A stretch of 64,000 nt of DNA from an uncultured delta proteobacterium. Lineage in GTDB: Bacteria; Desulfobacterota; Binatia; Binatales; Binataceae. A program made the translations under genes and the position numbers. The stretch lies in the NCBI GenBank assembly GCA_963808235.1, contig CAWEEQ010000004.1, positions 800,001-864,000 of the forward strand, in the 5' to 3' direction. Numbering within the stretch: position 1 is the stretch's first letter; the number at the start of each line of letters is the position of its first letter. Positions 58,003 through 64,000 of the stretch are shown here, piece after piece. The notes under the pieces were generated by a model, which had not been told where the DNA came from, ran no database searches, and saw only the letters and a list, made by a program, of their open reading frames with translations.

Positions 58003-59181
58003 TTATTGAGCTGGGCTTGGGGAGGGGTGAGCAGTGTAGATGTCGGGGCCGAAGGGTTTTACGTTGTCGGGCGTGGCGTAACCTAATGGGGGTAGGTCGA
58101 AGAGTACCTCGATACTTTTCAGGAGCGAATAGTGGTTGTACTCCTGGCTTGAGTGCGAGCCGGGCGAGACGTAAGGCGATACGATTACGGCGCCGATCAG
58201 ACCTCCGCCGGGACCGTTGAGGCCGGGCAGGGTGACATTCGGACCGGGCTGTTCACCACAGCACTTGTCAAAGTCTGCTTTTACATTTTGCCTCATCTGG
58301 GACTCATCGAACGTAATCACAAGCATCCCGTCCCGTTGATAGGCGGGGGACTTCATGATGAGCGGCACCCATTTCTGAAGGAATCGATCGGCGGCAGCCA
58401 GTCCGTCCACTTCGCCTGCCGGAGCACCTACACAGTGAGCATCGTGCGCATCGTTGCAGAGATTTGGGGTAACGAATACGAGGTTCGGCGTGGTCGCCAA
58501 TGTCTTCAGATCGGATTCGAGACTCGCTAACGACTTGTCATTGGCGCACAGTTTGCGGTCATCGATGATGGAATGAAAATAGACGAAGGGATTGTGTTTG
58601 GTCGCGTACTGATCGTTGACCCGGGCGACTTCCGTACCGTCTGGATATCCGAGCTGCGGATGCTCGCATGGATTGCCCATATCCTCCATGTAAGCGCCCC
58701 AGGTGTGATGACTGTCTGAGAGCTGGTTGGCGAGCGTCGAAACGCGGGTTGGGTAGACGCATCCGTGACCCTGTAGCTGGCCGTTCTTAGCCGTGGCGAC
58801 GAGTTCGAAGTTAATGAACTGCGGGCAATCTTGCTGGGTCTCCGGAGTCGGGGCCTGGCCACTTATCATCGCGAGATAGTTGTCGAGGCTGTTATGTCCG
58901 ATTCCGTAGTACCTCTCGAGCAGGCCTCCGCGTCCGTGAGCCAGGCAATTGAGATAAGGCGCCGGCGAACCTTTGCCAAAAGTTTGATCGAAGCTCTTGT
59001 TCTCGAGAACTATCAGAAAGACGTGTTGAGGCTTCTTTGCTTCGGGCGCGGGCGGCGAGTAGGACGGAGTATTTGCCAGCAGCCGAGCGCAATCGGCGTC
59101 GTCGGCGCGGGAGTGAGACGCGGTCGCCGCGAGAAGCAGGAAGCAGGAGAGTAGAGCGAAGAAAAATTTACTGTGAAGCAT
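58003..59181 (-). CDS. Secreted phosphoesterase (acid phosphatase / phospholipase C superfamily)
   Basis: Signal peptide; HVFLIVLEN, HNSLDNY, KHNPF, NDAHD, ITFDE, HYSLL. Confidence 0.88.
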   Translation of the reverse strand: MLHSKFFFALLSCFLLLAATASHSRADDADCARLLANTPSYSPPAPEAKKPQHVFLIVLENKSFDQTFGKGSPAPYLNCLAHGRGGLLERYYGIGHNSLDNYLAMISGQAPTPETQQDCPQFINFELVATAKNGQLQGHGCVYPTRVSTLANQLSDSHHTWGAYMEDMGNPCEHPQLGYPDGTEVARVNDQYATKHNPFVYFHSIIDDRKLCANDKSLASLESDLKTLATTPNLVFVTPNLCNDAHDAHCVGAPAGEVDGLAAADRFLQKWVPLIMKSPAYQRDGMLVITFDESQMRQNVKADFDKCCGEQPGPNVTLPGLNGPGGGLIGAVIVSPYVSPGSHSSQEYNHYSLLKSIEVLFDLPPLGYATPDNVKPFGPDIYTAHPSPSPAQ

Positions 59182-59197
59182 TTTCACTCTCACAGTT

Positions 59198-59890
59198 CTA
59201 GGGCAGGATGATTTCGCGCCAGGCGTTCAGTATGGCGCATTGTTGCCCGTCCCCGAGGTCAACTCGCGGACGTGCAAAGAAATCAGCATCTATCAGCTTG
59301 CAATCACATTCTCTTATCCAGTAGCACGTGTGCGAAACCTCCTGACAAGTTGCTTTTATCGAGGACCATGCCACGTCGTCTTCGATCGTTAGCTGCCCGA
59401 TCGTGCGATCCACCCGATTCAAAAGAACGGTGTTATCACTGTTCCAGCCCGGCTCACGCATGCAAGCGGTGAGTCGATCGATCAAGAAGCTCCGCGTAGC
59501 ATCCGGCATTGAGGCTGACTGGGGTGGCGTGAAGATAGCGTCATCTATGTCACTCTTCGAAACTCGGCACTGTTGCGGCGCCAATAAGTCAAAGAAAGTC
59601 GTATTCCTATTAGAAACCACGCAGCCGTGGATCAGTTCTTTGATTGCCACGTCTGCCTTATGTTTCTGGCCTCGAGAATCGATAGCTTGCATCGTCCTGA
59701 AAGGCGTTGGATGGGGGGTGCACAAGAAATCGTACCAGTTCTGCTCATCAGCGTTGCTAGCGTTTTGAAGCGAATGAATTGCTTGCCGTGTGGTAGGAAG
59801 TGGAGGTGTTGGCGGGCAGCAGGGTTCGGCTAGCCTGCAAGAGGATTGAGTGCAGGCCATCAGCCCGATGGCCAGGAGCCAATATCGCAC
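59198..59890 (-). CDS. Cys-rich hypothetical (possible lipoprotein)
   Basis: MRYWLLAIGLMAC lipobox-like N terminus; directly upstream of the phosphoesterase. Confidence 0.55.
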   Translation of the reverse strand: MRYWLLAIGLMACTQSSCRLAEPCCPPTPPLPTTRQAIHSLQNASNADEQNWYDFLCTPHPTPFRTMQAIDSRGQKHKADVAIKELIHGCVVSNRNTTFFDLLAPQQCRVSKSDIDDAIFTPPQSASMPDATRSFLIDRLTACMREPGWNSDNTVLLNRVDRTIGQLTIEDDVAWSSIKATCQEVSHTCYWIRECDCKLIDADFFARPRVDLGDGQQCAILNAWREIILP

Positions 59891-60036
59891 GATGCAGCGT
59901 GATTAGCGATGTTCCATCCCTAAGTCAATCAGTGCTCACATCTAGTGTGATTCGTGGGCGAAGGAGGGCGGTCACGTGTGATAGGCGGGTCGGTTAAGCG
60001 TGGATGGTGTGAGGTTGTGAGCGTCGAGAAGAAGCC

Positions 60037-60207
60037 GATTCTTCGCTGCGCTCAGAATGACAACGAAGAGGATTCGCTCAGAGTGACAACAAAGAGAATT
60101 GGCTCAGGATGACGAAGAGGGAACGCGGAATTTTAGATTTGGACCCTCACCCGCCGCATCGAAGACGATGCGTCGGCCTCTCCCTTTTTAACGGTCAGGG
60201 CGAGGCT
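60037..60207. repeat. Intergenic REP-like elements
   Basis: GATTCTTCGCTGCGCTCAGAATGAC followed by 26-bp-period degenerate copies (60050, 60076, 60102); then CCCTCACCC-hairpin-CTCTCCC...GGGCGAGG element. Confidence 0.6.
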
Positions 60208-60493
60208 ATTAGGAGAGTGGTATCGGGGTTAGCTATGGGTAGCCGGCGGGTGCGGGCCCCCCTTGGGACCGCGCCGGCCGGCTTTGAGGAGACTAGTTAA
60301 GCAGGCGAGCTGTCATGGTTCCGCTCTGGGAACCTCATCGAGGATTATTCTCGATGACGCTATGCGCTGTGCTTCGAACGCATGCGGTGGGCTCGCCTTT
60401 GAAATTTTCCTGGCGGGGGTTCCGCGCTATTGCGGAGACTCCCCGCCAGGGCGCTCGGGGGATTGACGCCTTATTCATTTTTCGCGCTCTCGC

Positions 60494-60709
60494 TCACCAG
60501 ATGAGTCCGTAGGTGGCGGCCGCGATGTACATCACGGCGACGGCGACGAAGGCGAAGACTGCGATTTCGTCGAGTCGGTCGCCGAGCTGGGCCTTGAGGT
60601 TTCCGGACTGCTTCGTCTCGCGCGCCTGCGCACTTGCCGAGCCGGCATCCTGGTGCGAGTCGGTACATTCGCGCGTGTCGGTATATTGATGAGATAGGAT
60701 GGAAAGCAT
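60494..60709 (-). CDS. Small hypothetical protein with C-terminal TM helix
   Basis: AGGAG RBS upstream; IAVFAFVAVAVMYIAAATYGLIW. Confidence 0.55.
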   Translation of the reverse strand: MLSILSHQYTDTRECTDSHQDAGSASAQARETKQSGNLKAQLGDRLDEIAVFAFVAVAVMYIAAATYGLIW

Positions 60710-60778
60710 CTCCGTTACTCCTGTTCTTGGGCCTTCTCACTTTCTTGGGCCCTCTCACTTAAATAGGCGTAACAATTG

Positions 60779-60797
60779 ATTGAACAATTTGTTCAAT
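60779..60797. promoter_or_regulatory. Perfect palindrome, putative repressor operator
   Basis: ATTGAACAA-T-TTGTTCAAT between divergent genes. Confidence 0.55.
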
Positions 60798-61002
60798 GGG
60801 AGAAAATCGCGGTGTTCAGCCCGCAAGTACTTGAAAAATAAGGGAATTTCATGATTGAAGGATGCGAAGCGCGCGCATGGGAGCGCATCAGAGAAGCACG
60901 CGGAGTGCAATGCAGCTTCAATTAGGCAAGCATCCGCACGGCGCGTGCGGTCGTCTTGTACGGGGGGCGCGCACGCGGCACAGTCATCGTTGAAGGCGTC
61001 AG

Positions 61003-63135
61003 GTGAACCGGAATAGCAATTTCTTCAATTTCTACAATCACGACTTTGTCCGGGTCGCGGTTGGAGTGCCTTCGGTTCGGGTCGCTGATCCCGCCTACAA
61101 TTCGGAAAGTACGATTGCGCTCATTCGGGAGGCCGCCGAGCGCAAGGCGGCGATCGTGCTGTTCCCGGAACTGGGTTTATCCGCCTACTCGTGCGACGAT
61201 TTGTTTCAGCAGCGGGCGCTGCTCGACGCGTGCCTGGACGCGATTGCGAAGGTCGTCGAGCAGACCGCGAAGCTTGCGATCGTCGCGGTGGTGGGGGCGC
61301 CTGTCCAGGTCGAGCATCACCTATACAATTGCGCGATCGTGATGCATCGCGGGAAAATTCTCGGCGTCGTTCCCAAGACCAATCTCCCCAACTACCGGGA
61401 ATTTTACGAACCGCGGCAGTTCAGTTCCGCCGACGCGGCCACGAGCGACGCGATCGACATTCGGGAGCATCGCGAGGTTCCATTCGGCAACAATCTGATC
61501 TTCCGGCACGAGGAGCAGCCGCTGTTAAGTTTTCACGCCGAGATTTGCGAGGACCTGTGGGTGCCGATTTCGCCGTCGTCGTACGCGGCGCTCGCGGGTG
61601 CGACGGTGCTGCTGAATCTGTCGGCGTCGAATATCACGATCGGCAAGGCTGACTACCGGCGGAACCTCGTCACCGGTCAATCGGCGCGATGCCTGGCGGC
61701 GTACGTTTACTCGGCGGCGGGTTCCGGCGAATCGACGACCGATCTGGCGTGGGACGGACACGCGCTGATTGCGGAGAACGGAAATATTATCGTGGAGTCG
61801 GAGCGCTTCAAGGATCAGCCGCAATTGATCGCGGCGGAAATAGATCTCGAGCGGCTCTCGCAGGAACGGATGCGCCAGAACACGTTCGGCGATACGGCGC
61901 GGCGCGAAATCGAGCGCGTGCGCCGCTTTCGCAATATTACATTTTCGATGGAGTTGCCGCGGCGCGGCAAGATGCTTCCCGAGCGGAGCTACGAGCGCTT
62001 TCCCTACGTGCCCTCGGATCCGGCGACGCGCGACGAGCGATGCGCCGAGGTGTTCGATATCCAGGTTCAAGGACTCGTCACGCGGCTGCGCTCGACCGGG
62101 CTCGAGCGAGTGGTGATTGGAATCTCGGGCGGGATCGATTCGACTCATGCGGTACTGGTGTGCGCGCGGGCAATGGATCGTCTCGGCAAGCCGCGCAAGA
62201 ATATCGCGGCCGTCACGATGCCTGGTTTTGCGACCAGCGAGCGAACCCTGGAGCAGGCGCGGCGGCTGATGACTTCGCTCGGCTGCAGTATCGAGGAGAT
62301 CGACATCCGCCCGGCGTGCATGCAGATGCTCAAAGACATCGGGCATCCGTACGCCGAGGGCCGGCAGGTTTACGATCTCACGTTTGAGAATGTGCAGGCC
62401 GGCGAGCGCACCAGTCATCTGTTCCGGCTCGCGAATCTGCGCGGCGGACTGGTGGTCGGCACCGGCGACTTGAGCGAGCTCGCGCTCGGATGGTGCACCT
62501 ACGGCGTGGGCGATCACATGTCGCATTACAGCGTCAACGCGAGCGTGCCGAAAACGCTCATCCAGCACGTGATTCGATGGCTCGCGCAGACTGAGAGCCT
62601 CGGCCGCGAGGCGAGCGCCACGCTGCTCGATATCGTCGCGACGCCGATAAGTCCGGAGCTGATTCCCGGCAATTCAGACGACGGGCATCCGGCGCAGGAT
62701 ACCGAGGCGACGATCGGGCCATACGAGCTGCACGATTTTTTTCTCTACTACACACTCCGATTCGGATATCCGCCGACGAAGGTCGCGTACCTCGCGTATC
62801 TTGCGTGGCGCGACAAGGACGCGGGCACCTGGCCGGACATCCCGAGCGATCGGCGCAACCAATACGACATCGCGACCATCAAGGCGCATCTGCATACGTT
62901 CCTGTACCGGTTTTTTCAGTTGAGCCAGTTCAAACGGAGCTGTATTCCGAATGCGCCAAAAGTTGGATCGGGAGGATCGCTGTCGCCGCGCGGCGACTAT
63001 CGCGCGCCTTCGGACAGTGAAGCGACGGCGTGGATCGAGCAGCTCAAGGCAATTCCGGAGCAGGGGCCATCGCCCTCGGCGCATGCCCTTGCACCTGAGT
63101 CAGGAGCCGGCTCCGTTGTCGCCGGCAAGAAGTAG
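61003..63135 (+). CDS. nadE: Glutamine-dependent NAD(+) synthetase
   Basis: Nitrilase domain ([19 protein letters not shown]) plus [27 protein letters not shown]. Confidence 0.95.
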   Translation: MNRNSNFFNFYNHDFVRVAVGVPSVRVADPAYNSESTIALIREAAERKAAIVLFPELGLSAYSCDDLFQQRALLDACLDAIAKVVEQTAKLAIVAVVGAPVQVEHHLYNCAIVMHRGKILGVVPKTNLPNYREFYEPRQFSSADAATSDAIDIREHREVPFGNNLIFRHEEQPLLSFHAEICEDLWVPISPSSYAALAGATVLLNLSASNITIGKADYRRNLVTGQSARCLAAYVYSAAGSGESTTDLAWDGHALIAENGNIIVESERFKDQPQLIAAEIDLERLSQERMRQNTFGDTARREIERVRRFRNITFSMELPRRGKMLPERSYERFPYVPSDPATRDERCAEVFDIQVQGLVTRLRSTGLERVVIGISGGIDSTHAVLVCARAMDRLGKPRKNIAAVTMPGFATSERTLEQARRLMTSLGCSIEEIDIRPACMQMLKDIGHPYAEGRQVYDLTFENVQAGERTSHLFRLANLRGGLVVGTGDLSELALGWCTYGVGDHMSHYSVNASVPKTLIQHVIRWLAQTESLGREASATLLDIVATPISPELIPGNSDDGHPAQDTEATIGPYELHDFFLYYTLRFGYPPTKVAYLAYLAWRDKDAGTWPDIPSDRRNQYDIATIKAHLHTFLYRFFQLSQFKRSCIPNAPKVGSGGSLSPRGDYRAPSDSEATAWIEQLKAIPEQGPSPSAHALAPESGAGSVVAGKK

Positions 63136-63301
63136 AGCGATACTTCCGCGATTCGTTTTTCACTTTTTCACGGTCGCTGCGCGAAGAGCCGTGGCCGCGC
63201 GTCTGTGCCATCTCCCTGCCAGGGCGAGGCTATTCGTATCAGCGGTCTTGAAGACCTGTTGCGATTCGGTAAATTGAAGGGCGATCGAAATCTCGATTGG
63301 G

Positions 63302-64000
63302 GTGATTGAGAAATTGAATTTTCGACTGGTTACAATTGGGTTGTTGGCGGTCGCGGTGGCGGGGATATCGACCAGAGCAGGCGCGCAGGCGCCGCCCGCA
63401 GCGCAGGAGTCGCAATCGGCGCCGCGTCCATCGGCGACTCCAGTGCCGAAGAAGAGCCACGCCAAGCAGTACAACGAGATTCACACCAGCGAGGCCGCGG
63501 TTACATCCGCGCAGCGCGTCCTGGCCGAGAAGTACGTCAGTGCCGTGCAGGCGCAGGACAACGCGGCAATGCGGACGCTGATCGCGCCGTCGACGCTGAA
63601 GTGCTTCGACCAGAGCAAGCAGGTATTTCTCGACGATTGGATCGAGAAGCAATATCGCTATCCAGTTTCACAAGAATCACAAGCTAAGCGTTGGGCGTGC
63701 TGCCGACTGCACAGTCCCAGCCGACGCGGATCTCGACCTATCCGGTGCCGGGAACGCATCTGCTTGGATTCGAGTACTCGAGCGGCGACAGCACGATCAC
63801 AGTTAATCAAGTGATCGGCGAGGATGGGGGCAACTGGTATCTGATACCGCCGTGTCCGACCGAGTTGGGGATGCAGCGGTTCGCGAAGATCCAGCAGAGG
63901 CGCGCCGCCTTCGCCGCACGAGCCGAGCGGCTTTCCAAGAAGATCAATGAGCCGCTCAAGTCACAGATACTCGCGCTTATCGCCAAGCGTGACAATGCGG
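63302..64000 (+). CDS. Secreted hypothetical protein, frameshifted near 63670-63695 and truncated at window edge
   Basis: Signal peptide; coding-like sequence continues in another frame (GVLPTAQSQPTRISTYPVPGTHLL...WYLIPPCPTELG) to the window end. Confidence 0.55.

Noticed and set aside
60050-60120. CRISPR-like periodicity
   Set aside because: Units are contiguous tandem copies with no unique spacers.

Overview
GC-rich bacterial chromosome segment. 1-4.3 kb holds housekeeping and small genes (partial Zn-peptidase, ilvD, GFA, VOC, zinc ribbon, TetR) and ends at tRNA-Arg(CCT). From the tRNA to about 48 kb is an accessory, island-like region with AT-rich spacers and no visible integrase. It contains an RND efflux cassette bracketed by two universal stress proteins, three excisionase/BldC-like HTH genes, and a Wzx/Wzy exopolysaccharide locus (Wza, co-polymerase, ExeA-type ATPase-LysM, degenerate BY-kinase, amino-uronate sugar pathway, deacetylase, FemAB/GNAT-like protein, methyltransferase). 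It continues with a Crp regulator, an HTH-uppS-ferritin-like cassette, three domain-shuffled secreted proteins, two divergent CMAH-like metallo-beta-lactamase-fold paralogs, a GT2 and a ceramidase-like gene. 48-64 kb holds modABC (modA frameshifted), msrA, a membrane-SGNH fusion, GST, an FAH/VOC/flavin monooxygenase cluster, a phosphoesterase, glutamine-dependent nadE and a frameshifted partial gene. The best candidate for an undescribed system is the EPS/surface locus with its HTH triad, pseudokinase, shuffled secreted enzymes and a duplicated, covarying 5'-UTR hairpin. All calls come from motif recognition by eye; no searches were run and counts are manual.
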